A stretch of 63,856 bases of DNA, the filler included, from Hausera hauseri (Eukaryota): assembly GCA_046269625.1 (NCBI GenBank). It is 10 parts of 10 records of this genome, joined end to end, with 100 filler letters (N's around TTAATTAATTAA, not from the genome) between each part and the next. Parts side by side here need not be neighbours in the genome. Positions count along the whole stretch, not along the records: positions 23,748 to 29,676 come from JBJURY010166865.1; positions 29,777 to 39,323 come from JBJURY010344379.1; 8 more parts are not named here. One strand, 5' to 3'. Position 1 is the stretch's first letter. Each line of letters begins with the position of its first letter. The notes under the pieces are model-generated. The model was not told the DNA's origin and made no database searches. It saw only the letters and a list, made by a program, of their open reading frames with translations. Shown here piece after piece: positions 25,001 through 38,116 of the stretch. A program made the position numbers and the translations under genes.

Positions 25001-25786
25001 ACACCAAAACCACGAGTCAACGAAATAATAAACATTTGTTTTTATTAAATTTGTTATTAAATTTCTAACGAAAAGACCAAATTGTGAATAAACAGCTGTA
25101 ACATCAATATACTTTTGACTGTCCAACTTCTTAGGCATGCGTTTTAATTGCTTTTAGTTTAAGAAAGATTTGTATCCAATATTTACGTAATTTCCTTTGT
25201 TTACGCTTTCCCAAATGTCCGGATAAGTAGACAATCATTTATTCAAATGTTTTCATTAAGTAAATGCTCATGTTGACAGTCCTTGAATTTTCGGCATTTG
25301 TGGATACGCTGAATACTAGCATGTTGACCAATTCTAGTCCCGTGGTTGGAAAAGATGAATTCAAGACGCAAAAAAATATATGCGCACACATAGACACACA
25401 CGCTTATATACAATTCCACCCACCCACACACAGCCATACCAAAGTTTGGTGGAGTACCATTTTGTTGAAAATACATATGGATCCAGGCTTTTTGGACACC
25501 CCCGCTTAAATAAGATGATAAGTTGTAATATCGAAAGAAAAAAATCTACAATCTACTTTTGAAAATTAAAGAATACATGGCGGGTGATGATTATGTGTTG
25601 TGTGGATGACATGATTTAAAGTAATCCCCGGGTGACTCTATAGCATCATTGATATATTTTAACTAGTAAACTCCAAATACTATTGGCATTTCAATAGTAA
25701 AATACAATTATTGACTAACGAGTGCATTTGCATATGTGTATTTAGAAATAATAGCATTTTAACGGGAAAACAGAAATTGTTATATT

Positions 25787-25890
25787 TCTGTCTGTCTGTC
25801 TGCCTGTCTGTCTATCTGTCTGTCTGTCTCTCCGTCCGTCCGTCCGTGTGCATGCATGTCTGTCTGCCTGCCTGTCTGACTGTTTGTCTG
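25787..25890. repeat. (TCTG)n microsatellite
   Basis: Degenerate TCTG/TCCG/CCTG tetranucleotide run. Confidence 0.9.
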
Positions 25891-26169
25891 TTAGCAACAT
25901 ATGTGCATTGTACGTACGTTTTTTTTTTTCTGTAACCAATTGGTTTTAAAATAATCGATGTATCTTACCGTACATCAAAACTAATAAAGAAAATTAATTT
26001 TGCGCTGAAATAGAGGGCCTTACTAAGTAATAATTTACAGTATTAACAATTGTTGGTATTGCTGGTTGCAGCAGCATGAAACCGTCTGATGAAAAGGAAA
26101 GGCAAGGACCCAGTAGGTTGGATAGATTTTTTTTTCTAGAAAATGGCTTAGGCAGTGGCCTCGATTTCT

Positions 26170-26353
26170 AACTGCCAATGGATTTTTAATGTGCACGACA
26201 GTGTGCACGAACGTCCGATGTCAGTACCCAGAGATCAGCGGAATTTTTTATTATAATTGCCAGGAAATAATTTCCTAAGCGCTTGCACCGGGATTTGAAC
26301 CATGTAATTCTAGCACTCGAGGCCGAAGTCTTTTCCGGAGACCATGGAGCCAC
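26170..26353 (-). mobile_element. tRNA-derived SINE
   Basis: Minus strand GTGGCTCCATGG (A box) ... GGTTCAAATCCCGG (B box), followed by a non-tRNA body. Confidence 0.55.
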
Positions 26354-26749
26354 GTCCCTCTTGATGTGTCTAAATCCAGCCTGTTGTTTCTCTCAATTTT
26401 TGGTCTATTGCTGGTGAGATTCTGCTAATTATGATCTTCTCTTTTACTTGAAACCATGTGACTCCTTTCCTGTTGTTGTAGTTTGCCAAGACCTCCTTTC
26501 TTTGGTATCTAAATTATTTAGAAGATTTTGTTTCAGTTTCCCATATTTCTGTAAACAAAGCTATCAATAATTCTGCTGCCACGTTCGGGTTTACGTTGAA
26601 AATTTCTGGACTTCAGTTGTCTTTGCCTGGAGGGGGAGGGGGGAGTGGGTGGAGGGAAAGGGGGAACTTTCCGTTTTTCGGCTTTAATGACTCCTTCTTT
26701 CTTAAGAGCGTATGTGTTTATACTTAAATCTGACTACTCTTCAGGCATG

Positions 26750-27250
26750 TATCATCATCATCATCATTATTACCAGGTATCACGCCGTGAAGCGTATAAG
26801 TCATCATGGATCTCCATGTCCATTCTTGGTGTCTCCAATCATCTCTGCTGTTGACTTACTTCCGAGCCATTCACGGAAACCCTCTGTCGTTCACTATTTT
26901 ATGGTATTTTGCCTGTCTTGTCCAAGTTCTGCAGACCTTCTCTAGATATTTGTCTCCTTCTGATCTTACTGATAAGTGTTGTTTCTGCGTCTGCTTCGTT
27001 AAAACATCTTCATTTGTTCTCTTTGTTGCTTTTAATGAATTTTATATTTTTTTTAAACTCGATGTCCAAGATTCGCAACCATACGATAGAATGGGTTTGA
27101 TATAACATCGTAGGACTCTCTTTCTCAACTTTAATGACAGATCTATCCTACACAATATGCTTTTATTTTTCTGGAATGATATTTTTGCTTGTGCAATTAT
27201 ACTTTCAATTTTCGAAATGGAATTATTATTGTCTCTGAAAGATTGTGTCG
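26750..27250 (-). mobile_element. 3' fragment of an RTE-clade LINE
   Basis: IAQAKISFQKNKSILCRIDLSLKLRKRVLRCYIKPILSYGCESWT; ends in a (TGA)n tail at ~26750-26770. Confidence 0.8.
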
Positions 27251-27899
27251 ATAAGCTATGGGACAAAAGACAAGGCAATAATGTAGAACAAAGTAATACA
27301 AATGCAGTCTAATCTGTTAAAGTTAGAAATCAAACAATCGTAGATTTTGTCATGAAAAAAAAAATGTTCACGTAGCGCAGAAGCCAACATTTCTGCTGCC
27401 GAAACCAGCTGAAAAGACGAAAACGTTCGATGGAAAGAAGTGTATGGTAGCGTGAAAAAAAACTAAAAAGGTCTAAATTGAACGAGTTACTGGGACAGAG
27501 AAAGAGTGGTTGATGGAACTGGGGGCATAGAAAATCTGGGAATAAAGCGAATGCCGTGACGCTAGTTGTAATAGTGGATTACATACTTTCTTTTCTGGCG
27601 TCTTTCTGATAACAGGGGAAGTTATTTATTCTAATGCAATGTTTTTTAATACAAGGGAATTAATTCTTATTTTGACAAATATAAATTAACCTCCTAAGAG
27701 TTTTGTCTCTTATTCAAAGGAATTTACGTACATAATTCTCTAAATGGAGAATATAATTGCTAATGAAAATTTAAATAAGTAATTTAATCTTTTGTTTTTA
27801 TTAAAAAATAATTTAAGAAAATTTATCTGTTGTTAAATTTTGTTTTTCGAAATTGGCACTTTGTATTAATTTTACTAATAGGCACATCTCGCTTTATCA

Positions 27900-28700
27900 A
27901 CATTCATCCGTCTCTCGACATGTAAGTATCAAATCATAGTCCTCTAAAACCGACATCATAGGAGACGCAATTAAAAACCCAAAGGAATACCCTTTTGCAC
28001 ATTACTATTTAGGAACATACATCAGCAGGGCCCTTTGACCAGATAACACAACACCACTTTGGGAAACCCCCGTCTTTCTACTCAAAGTGTATAAAACAAA
28101 CAACGGGAAACGAACAGCTACTCCCACACGACACAAAATGCATTTACAGATAACTAATTAAACAACAAGGACCACCACTAGGCAAAATAATAAAGATAGG
28201 ATGAAACTACTTGATCACCGACTACACGGAAATATTTACAGATTTACACAGATTAGGCACAACACCAAAGGCAAAAGAAGTCGCATATAGACTATTGCTT
28301 TCAATAACTCCAGTCCTGGAAGACAAATGCAAACTGTACAACAACAAGACCGAAACGGAAGAGCACCTCTTACTATACTGCGACAGAGTAAAACCCTTAA
28401 TAACCATCCTACAAAACATCATAAACAAACACAGACAGCACACAGACATATACAAAGCAGTACTGCTAAACACACTACTAATAACTGACAAAAAGACCAG
28501 ACACAAACTACTCACTTTTCTAACAGAATTCAGACTTCTAGTGTGGACATGCAGGAATAAGGCTGTCTACGACGGGAAAAAGTACGACCCAGAACTACTC
28601 CAACAACTACTCAAACACAAAATACAAAAACACATATCTGGAGTATCCTTAGGAGATTAAAGTACTTTAGAACAGTAAGAACATGGAATGAAATGAGGAA
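27900..28700 (+). mobile_element. 3' fragment of an L1/Tx1-type LINE ORF2
   Basis: KAKEVAYRLL...CKLY...ETEEHLLLYC zinc finger and LVWTCRNKAVY motif. Confidence 0.75.
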
Positions 28701-29544
28701 GTGTGCGAAAGCTTGATAAATCGAAATTACAACATTGTATATACTGTAGTGTTGTAGATGATAAAAAAAATTCCAGCCAAATTCTTCACAAAGAAAAAAA
28801 TAGCCAAATTTGGCAGGAAAACCGCCCGTCTGGCAACAAAGTATATACTGTGTACTCGACACCTGTTCTAACCAGATACGTGATGTAAACACGTCTACGC
28901 CATGCACATCCTGTGAAAATGTAGTATTAGGATCACACGGATGTGAACGTGCGCCTGGGTGTTGTAGTCTGACCGGATGAGAGATTATGTAAGATGGTAT
29001 AACTATGTACATTCTGTAATAATGTATTAGTGGGAACACACGGCAGTAAAGAAATATCTGAGTGACTTTTTCTGGCATGATGTGAGGTTACATAAGATGC
29101 CTTCAAATCGACCTCGACCTTCCTCCATTCGCAGGTTATCGCATGCCATTTACTGAGTGCTTTTAGTAGACATACTTTGTGTGTGCTTTTCAAAATTGGG
29201 GTCACTTGGACTGGCTTTTTTAAGGTATGTGAGTGTTTGCTAACGTTCCTTTAAACACTCATTCCATCAGAGACTTTCCTGAAAGGAACATGGTAGACAA
29301 GCATCACACAGATAAATCCAATAAGGAAAAGTCAAATTTTCTATTTTGTCTGTCGTTACCACACAAACGCTGAAGGACCATAAACAAAGAAGAGCAACTT
29401 TTAAAACTTTTTAATTCTACCAGAATGAAATGAGGCAAACATATATAACCATTTTTTAGACTTACTGCTGTCTTCGTATTGATTTGGGGATTTAAGGTAT
29501 TTAGTCTGGATTCAGGTCTCTGTGCTTGGAATATGCAACTGATC

Positions 29545-29676
29545 ACTTAGTGTCAGGGTATTAGCTTCACAGTCGAGGGTTCGATCCTGATAAGTGACTG
29601 CAGCATTTCTCATGGGAATATTTGGGACTGATGGTCTGACACGCGAGTTTCTCCTCCCATCCTCAGCCATGCCTCC
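29545..29676 (+). mobile_element. tRNA-derived SINE fragment
   Basis: B box GGTTCGATCC and downstream GTTTCTCCTCCCA-like core; truncated by spacer. Confidence 0.4.
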
Positions 29677-29776
29677 NNNNNNNNNNNNNNNNNNNNNNNN
29701 NNNNNNNNNNNNNNNNNNNNTTAATTAATTAANNNNNNNNNNNNNNNNNNNNNNNNNNNNNNNNNNNNNNNNNNNN
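29677..29776. other. Artificial contig spacer
   Basis: N44-TTAATTAATTAA-N44. Confidence 0.98.
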
Positions 29777-32700
29777 CCTTATGGAAAATTCTACTTTACA
29801 ATACTCGTGTGACGTTGATGTCGGAATGGTAGATACACGATCTACTTACACTATATTTTTAAATAACGTTTTATTTTCCTTCAGTTTCCATTCATCTTGT
29901 TCTTCGGAGGCTATTTCCCGTTGACAACATTGCTGTTAATATAGTAATTTGTCAAATCCGGGAGAAAGTTATTGGATAATTCACAGTTGATTTTGCTTAT
30001 TTTCCCGTGATTAGTAGTATTGAAAAGTCTTGATGTATCAACCTGTGCCAATATCGATAACGATTTTTCATCTGTATTGGTTGAAAGATGATTTTTATTC
30101 TTGCGGTCAGGATGATGATATCGATTGAAGCGAATGTAGACCGATATACTGCCAAACAAACAAAACCCGGCAAGAAAAAATCGAGGCGACAAACACCACG
30201 GTCAAGCGGTGTCATGCGCCGAAGTAAAACCAATACTTGTGGTGACGCCCGAAACTGCGGCACCACATTACTCCCGTTGCAAAATGATATTATGTAAAGC
30301 AAAAATGAAAGTAGAAAACTGCAAAGAGAACAGTTAATGTGATCTAATCAGTTTTGGTATGAACAAGACGTTGAACATTATCTATATTTTGTTCTCTGAT
30401 AAATTTACTAAAGGTAACTGTCTTGCTTTGTTTAACGTGCTGTTTGATTGTCTGTTGCTGTGGTCGGGGTGAAGATATATTTTGATTTGACCTCAGCAGG
30501 TTGAGAACTGGTTGGTATGGCGTTTAGTGTTGATAGGAGTCTTAGAGTAGCAGGTTGTCGTGTAGGTAGATTGGAAGAAGAACTGAAGGAATCAAGAAAA
30601 ATTTGTGTAGACTCAACAGAAGATTCTAGTATGTCATTAACAAAGAATGCGGGTTTTACGTTGGTTATGTATACGTTTTGTTCTTTATCGTTTTTGAGTA
30701 TCGTAACTGTGTGTGAGGTAATATTGAGAACTTTAAATTGTCCTTAATAGTTTGGTTGGAATCCGGAAGGTGAAGGGTTTTTTAACCACACGAACTTTGC
30801 ATTAAATAGTAAATCAGGTAAGTATGTTTTGTCACCATGTATTATTTTGCAGAAAGAGTCCTGGATTAACTGTAGAAAATGATTTTGTGCGGACCTAATG
30901 GTTTCGTCAGTTGGTATGTTGTCCAAGTCGGTGAGTTCAAAGAGTGCACTAATTGTGGTACCAAAAAAGGCTTCAGCAGGTTCGCAATTAATAGTAATAT
31001 TATGTGTGTTGCGCCACCCAAGTAATACAAAAGGAAGGATGGTGACCCAGTTCGTATGCGTTTCGGCTAGAATCTTTAGCGAGATTTTAAAAGTGCGGTG
31101 AAAACTCTCCAATAAGCCGTTCGACTGGGGATGATATGGAGTTGTGTGTATGTGACTTATTCCCAGTCGATTAACTGAAGACTTGAATAGATTCAATTCA
31201 AATTGAGGACCTTGGTTTGTAATTATATTACGGGGTAAACCGAACCGGCTAATCCAAATTCTTATGAATGCATCGGCTATAGAATCTATACTGATGGAGC
31301 GCAATGGAACGGCTTAAGGCCAACGGAATGCGCGGTCCATCATTGTTAAGAGGAATTGGTAGCCGTTATCGGAAGGTAATGGACCGACGATATCTAAATG
31401 TACCGATTCGAAACGGGACGTGCAGGGAAAATGAAATGAAGGTGGCTTGAGATGCTTAGCTACTTTGAATTTTTGACAAGCCGCACACTGTCTAACCCAG
31501 TCTTGTACGTCAGACCTCATCGATGGCCATGTTACGTGACGTTTGAAAAGGCGGAATGTAGCCTTCGAATCTGGGTGATGTAACGAATGGATATGGTTAA
31601 ATGCAATTTGTTGTATAGAAGGTGCCAAGATTGGCAAATGTTGTCCAGGTGTCGACGTGTCCATGGCTACTCCATCAATGATTTGTACAGATTTGCATTG
31701 TTTAAGAATATACACGGAACGGGAGTTTTGGATTAATTGTTGTCTGAGACAGAAATATGACCAATTTTAAAGTTAAATGTTGACAGATATGAGATATGGC
31801 GTTCTTGAAGAAGAGATGGTTGTTTCATTTTCATTACGTGAACGAGAGGTTTGTGGTCCGTTTAAATGGTGAAGGAACGAGCAATAAGCAAATGTGAAAA
31901 ATGTTTCAGAGCTAAAACTATAGCAAGGAGTTCTCTATCGAAGGTGGAATAACGGCGTTCTTTTGGCTGGAGCTTACGTGAAATGAATTCTAACGGCTCA
32001 TTTATTCCTTGTGATATTTGATAAAGAACCGCTCCTACTGCTATAGTTGATGCGTCGGTTGTTAGAATGATGTCAGCGTCGGGTTTTGGATAAGCTAAAA
32101 TCTGGACTGTTTTAAGCTTTTCGCGGAGTTCATCGAACTGGTTAACAAGTTCTGGCGTCCAATATATAAGTTTTTTCTTTGGCCCTGCTCCTAACTGCAC
32201 GAAAGGAGCAGTTAACTGGCTACAGTGTGAGACGTATTTATAAACGAAATGTAAAGTCCCGAGGAAACTACGAATGTCAGTAGTGGTTTTCAGTAGCTCG
32301 ATGTTTCGTAATTGATGAATTCTATCAGGCTGTGAGCTGTGAGCGTCAGGTGTGATGACGTGGCCAAGGAAATTGACCTTTTTCTGGAAGACGTAACACT
32401 TAGAAAAGGTCACTTGCAGATTATAGTTGTGTAAACGTTGGGAAACTAGTCTGAGATGTTCTTCGTGTTGTTTTGGTGAAACCGACGCGACTAATATGTC
32501 GTCGATGTACGGGTGTGCAAATGGCAAACCTGAAAGAACTGAATAAATGTGCTGTTGGAAAGTTTGTGCTGCGTTCTTTAAACCGAACTGCATGAATGCA
32601 TATTCAAAAAGACAAAAATGTGTTATTATGGCCGTTTTTTGGATGTCTTCAGGAGCTACCGGTATTTGGTGGTAAGCTTTTTCAAGATTTATAGTCGAAT

Positions 32701-34712
32701 AAATTGTGGTCTTGTGTAAAGAATGCAATATATCCTTAATCAAAGGTAGAGGATAAGCATCCATGGTAGTAACGTTATTAAGTTGGCGGTAATTGCAGCA
32801 TGGACGAAATTTGCCATCTTTTTAGGGACGACATGGAGTGGTAATGCCCAAGGTGATTTCGAGCGTTTTATTATGCCAGCTTGCTCGAGTGCAGATAATT
32901 CCGCTTGGATTGTCTGTTGACGGCGTGGTGAAAGTGTGAGGAGTTTTTGCCTAACGGGCCTAGGATTTTCTGTAATGATATAATGAAACGTCGTGTTAGC
33001 CGGTCGAAATGATGAGTCTTTTTATTGCATGAAAACAATACTTGGTTAAATACTGTTGCATTTCTTGGCTAAGCGTAGTAAAGGCTGATATTGTCACGGC
33101 AGTGGCTTGATTGGACTTAGTATAAGAAATGGTAGAATTCGAGACGCCTAAATTTGACTTCAACAGAAACTTAGGATTATTTATTTTGGTATTAATACGG
33201 TTTTTATTCACATTGATTGATGGTTTCTTTAATATTAATTTTATAATAGAGATAGGCTGCATTATCGGTTGGTTATTTGTAGAGATCGGCTTTGTTGATC
33301 TGCTTTTAATGATCCGACGTTGTCTACAATCTACAAGGAGGTTGTAGAAAGATAAAAAATCAGACCCAAGTATTGAAGATTGTGTGTCAGCAACGATGAA
33401 AGTCCAATCAAAAATGTCGGGGAATGGTGGTAATGTGAATGAAACCGTAGCCGTGCCGAATACACGTAAAGCTTAGCCGTTAGCTGTGTACAACTTGATG
33501 TTAGATGTTGAGATGGCTGTTGTTTGGATAGATGGTGGTAACAGAGAGACAGCGGTTCCTAAATTAATGAGGAAGTTAATTGATTGATTGGATTTGGAAG
33601 TTAAAGAGGCTTTTAATGTAAAAACGGAATAAGTACGGCTATCATGATGAAGATGTTTGTCTGTGCCAGCATGTGCCGAAACGCCTGGCGGCTTTACAAG
33701 TTTTTCGGAGGCACAGGATTTATGTTGTTGGAAGGGGTAGGATGTGATGGATTAGATCGGTTAACGAATGTGCAACCTGTAACGCAATTCTGTGCTTTAG
33801 AATTGAATTGGCGCATAAAATCTGCAACCTAAGCAGCATTTAGTGCAGTTGTTTTTGAATTAGGTGTGGTAGAAATACACCATTGATCGTGTAGGTGACC
33901 CCGAATGCCTTGAATTTTGAGATGAAGTGCGGCTATGGTCCGCATCAAAACGATTTCGTCTAGGCATGGTCAAAGCTTCGATTTTTGAAGTGAGTGCAAA
34001 AATTGCTTGGTGTATGTTGGCGTTTTCTGAACGTAAAAAATTTATCTTGGAGTTCAGATTAGATATGTCGTTAGCTTGTTGAGATTTTGGTTTGTAGCGC
34101 AGCGGCTAGTAATGGGGCTGTATGCGCATGTAATATCTCGTGGCTTTTGTTAGTCAGTTGTGCTAGTTTTTGTAGTGACGGTGTCCTCTACTATGGTCAA
34201 CGGTGCACATATGTCTCTAGGTAAAGACTGCAGAAAATATCTACGTAATAAATTGGCATTGTTCGCTTTATTAACGCTAAGAGTACTCAAGTGAGTTAAT
34301 GGGGTTTGAAAAATTTTGAGGGTTTTAATGTGCCTATGGTTTTTTGTCCTTAAAATATTTGTGGATAATGTTGTCCAAAGATAGTTCCGTGATTTTTAAA
34401 ATCGAGTTAGTGTTTTGTATGGGTCACTGCTTTTGAAAATTTCCGACAAGTTGGGAACCTGAGACTTAATTTTGGAAGGCAAAAGTATATGCAAGCTGTT
34501 TGTTTTAAAAAATAGTCGAAAATATTATTTGACTTCAACCAAGCCGCATGAAAGTCCAACCACGTCCGGCTGAAATGTTGACTGTCAAAGAAGTATTCTA
34601 CGAAAGGTAGGTTTACAGTAGACGACGGAGGTAGAGGTTAATTTAGCGGTATGCTTACAGTAGGAATGTCAGCAAAGTCTTGTTGGTCGTTGGATGAGGC
34701 TTTCGGATCGGA

Positions 34713-34940
34713 CCTACCTAACAGACGGTAATGTGCAGTCAGTATAGGTGTTGAAGATGAGTTGGTGTAACTTGTTATAATGTCGGATTGTCGGAGAAAA
34801 AGTCCATTAAAACTAAGGCAAAAATTAGCAAGAGTTGTTTGTCGTTGTAACATGCCTGACAATTTTGCAATTGTTGCTGATTTGTGAATGTAGTAGATTT
34901 TTGTATGCTTATTTTCGAATAACAAGACAAGTGGAACGAA
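34713..34940 (-). other. Ubiquitin-like domain at the N-terminus of Gag (copy B)
   Basis: LVLLFENKHTKIYYIHKSATIAKLSGMLQRQTTLANFCLSFNGLFLRQSDIITSY...LTAHYRLLGR aligns along ubiquitin; the terminal GG reads GR (GGT AGG, one substitution away). Confidence 0.75.
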
Positions 34941-36069
34941 AATGTCACATAAATCGGGTGTGCAATGTCGTACATAAGACACGGGCGCGCCAAAAATCCC
35001 TGAGTTGTAATGGCTGGCCTGAGCATTTTGTGCTTCATTATTTATAACAGAAGTATGAATAATGAGATAAGATGACTCACCGGAGTAATCCAATTCCGAA
35101 GGTTTGCTGTATTTCCTGTGCAGTAGACTACTGTACCCTAATTCGCCTGTTGTTGTAGTTTTTTGATCCGGTTCACGCATACGTTCCCAACGTGTTTTGC
35201 ACATAGCGCTTTGAATCATATTTGAACATAAATCTTGACGATCTGCCGATTTCGCTATATAACAATCGTGTTTAAAAAACGTGACTGATTTAGGGAACAT
35301 TATTGGCAGGACTAATTATTCTCGTAAAATATTTAGTTGCCGAATCCACAATGAACCGCTTCGATGCGTTTTGAGCAAAATCAATGAGATCATTCGATAT
35401 TTCGTTAAGGTCTATTTTGGTCAAATTTATGTTAGAATACTGTAGATTATATACATGAACTGCAGCCAAAACGGCATCCAGTGTGTCGAGATGATAATTC
35501 ACACAGACAGCAGTGCCGTTATTTGAGAGTATTTTAATTCAGTGACCATAAGTAATGGTCATATTTCCTCTTTTAAATCTCTCGCCGAACTCACCGAAAC
35601 TGGCGGCATTTTCGCATATGGAAGTCAAAAAATGAACCGAAAATATTAAACACAGTCGATTATCAAAACTCACTTCTTTGGTTAAAGTCGATTTTTAGTT
35701 CATGTATTTTCCAATTAACACATTTGCGTTTTCAACTGTCTTTCAACAATACACCATAACTCTGCTGGAAAATGTCGGAGTTTACCGGAAAAAGTGGTGT
35801 CGTATGATATGAAAAGTTTTTAAGAGTTTGAAGAATTTTTAACGGTTTCTATGGATACCTTTGTGAGGATTTTCGACGTAAATAAGCGTATCAAAATTAA
35901 GATAGAAATCATATTTAAAAACATTTGGCGGGAAATACTTTAGAAAACATCTAAGTTTATGGTAGAAAATGCTTTGGCCAGTAATCCAAGCTGCAACATA
36001 AAAGTTGAACGCTTCAGATAAAGAGCATTTTTCTTTACCGAATCACATTGGTAGTCAAGGTACAACGTG

Positions 36070-36235
36070 CAATGCTTTTTTGCTCTCTCTTTCCAAACTA
36101 ATTTAAATTTAGAAGGTATTTGGTTCCATTTTTTGGTTTTTGCAAATTCAATAACTTCCTCTTTGGAACAAACCTGAGTGGCACGAAAATTAAGAGTTTG
36201 AGTATAGAAGTGATAATAGGCAACTTTAATAGCCG
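36070..36235 (-). pseudogene. HMG-box-like fragment in the leader of copy B
   Basis: AYYHFY...SKEEVIEFAKTKKWNQIPSKFKLVWKERAKK fits the HMG pattern AY..F......W..L....K..W...A. Confidence 0.55.
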
Positions 36236-37077
36236 AAAGATTTGGTGTTGAAACCGAAGAAACCGACTGAGTTGATTTAGTACCAACATATCTGGACGTT
36301 ATTAGACTGGAAACGTTGGTTTTCAAATCCAATATTTCCGATTGGGAAACTTCAACCCAGTTGCAACCATAATTCATTTTGACTCGAGTTGTCACTATTT
36401 CGTAATGAGTGGAATCCAACATTTGATTAAGTCGATCAGCAACATCTTCCTGTTCGTTAAAGAGCAATTCCGGAATTGCAGGATTGACAATCGGGATGGG
36501 ACTATCTGTCTTGTCCAACAATTTACTTTGAGGTTTAAATAAATTAAGATCACATGGAACAGAATTCACAGTGATGGAGAATCGTCGATTTGTTTTCATT
36601 GCGCTTATCCGATGCTATGTAATTGAAGGCTAATTCACCATTTTCAAACATGAAACACATTCGATCCATGTCAGCAAACACCATAATGCTCAATAATGAT
36701 TCTGAAAGTTCTCTATTTGAAAGAATTTTCATACCCAATTCAGCCATTGATTTTAAAACACAATCTGGACTGAAAAAATTAGTTGATAACGAATATAAAA
36801 ACTGTTCATTTCCGAAAGTGATGAATAAACAATTAAAGGATTCATTAGATACGGTTTTAAAGATTGAAAGTGTAACTCCGGAGGGTTGTGTTTTGTCGAC
36901 ATTTGTCGTGCTATACGATTCGGAACAATTTGACTCAAGGAGGTCGATGTTTATCGGACTAATTGATCTAATACAATTTTTCCCTGAATCCGAATTTAAC
37001 AATTGCGTTACTTATCGTTAAAAGGTTACGATAAAACGGACGAATTAAACTCAAGTGATAGCGAAATAACGATTCAA

Positions 37078-38050
37078 TCATGCCAGTTTCGAATTTGCTT
37101 CGTTGATTTTCGATTTGATTAAAGTCAAAACTTGAGTTCGTTTTTTTGGGAAACTATTAAAAATCGACAGTAGTACGATGAAATCAAAACTTTGACAACG
37201 AAAATCGTTGAAATTTGTCGAAATTAATTTCAGCCAAATATTTTGCAATTTTGGTTTAAATTGAAATGTTCTTAATGAATGGATCAATGCCGCTGCGGAA
37301 TTTTGTTTAACCGTAAAATTAATTGGTGAAAACATACTTTGTAAATTATCAAGTTCGGTATTTAAACGAATTCAATTAATGAGTTCAATCATGTTGGAAC
37401 CTTCGCCACGGTTCATGAGAAACGACACTATCGATGGTAGAATTGAGTAGTTCCATTAGAAGTTTTTCCACTTTCTGAAAGAAATTCTGTCTCAAATCCA
37501 GTTTGCTAATGGCTTCTAATGCCGGTGAAATTAATTTATTTCTACTGGAAATCCAATCGAATAACTTATTTGCAAGTAATGCGCTACATTGTCCTTTGCA
37601 GATATCCGGTAAAAGCGATATTAAATAACGCTGCATAGTATCGTTGGAAATATATTTGACATCTAATAATTTTTCAACAATATCATCCATTCGGCGTACG
37701 TAAACATTCCATTTGGAATGATCCTAACAAAGCTTCGCTAAATTAACACTATCTTCTTCATCTATTTTGGACAATTCGACAATTTTTTGAATTAGAATCT
37801 CAATGAAAAATTCTGCAATTTCATTTACATTATTTGAATAACAGATTTTGGTGTTTGGAGTAAACAGGCCTCAAAATTCGATGAAACTGGCTTTAAAATA
37901 ATACTGAAGTAATAATCATTTTCCACAAAACTAATTAGATTTTCTCGAAGTAGCTCAAATTCTGAAACATCATTTTTAGCTAAATCTATGAGAGTTCTAA
38001 GAACTGATTGGATTGAAACTTTTTGAATATATCTTTCCTATGTTACATTT
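37078..38050 (-). pseudogene. FANCD2: Captured N-terminal fragment of Fanconi anemia protein D2
   Basis: MQRYLISLLPDI...LISPALEAISKLDLRQNFFQKVEKLLMELLNS vs FANCD2 LQHDIITSLPEI...[38 protein letters not shown]...FDFIVLLSIF...LIKSKI vs WIKAIE...FDLVMLFIIY...LRNKI; frameshifted, no evident introns. Confidence 0.8.
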
Positions 38051-38098
38051 ACATAGGAAATTGTTAATACTCTGACGAGATTTTGCTGAAGTAGATAC

Positions 38099-38116
38099 AT
38101 CCCACTTCTGACACCA
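38099..38116 (-). promoter_or_regulatory. Primer binding site complementary to the tRNA-Leu 3' end
   Basis: Minus strand ...TGAACA-at-TGGTGTCAGAAGTGGGAT: canonical 18-nt Leu PBS 2 nt after an LTR-type CA end at 38119. Confidence 0.9.

Noticed and set aside
26280-26353. Functional tRNA gene
   Set aside because: Has A/B boxes but no convincing cloverleaf and continues into a SINE-like body.
37078-38050. FANCD2 (and the alpha-tubulin at 57145-58055) as functional host genes
   Set aside because: Partial, frameshifted, with stops, and embedded in retroelement context.
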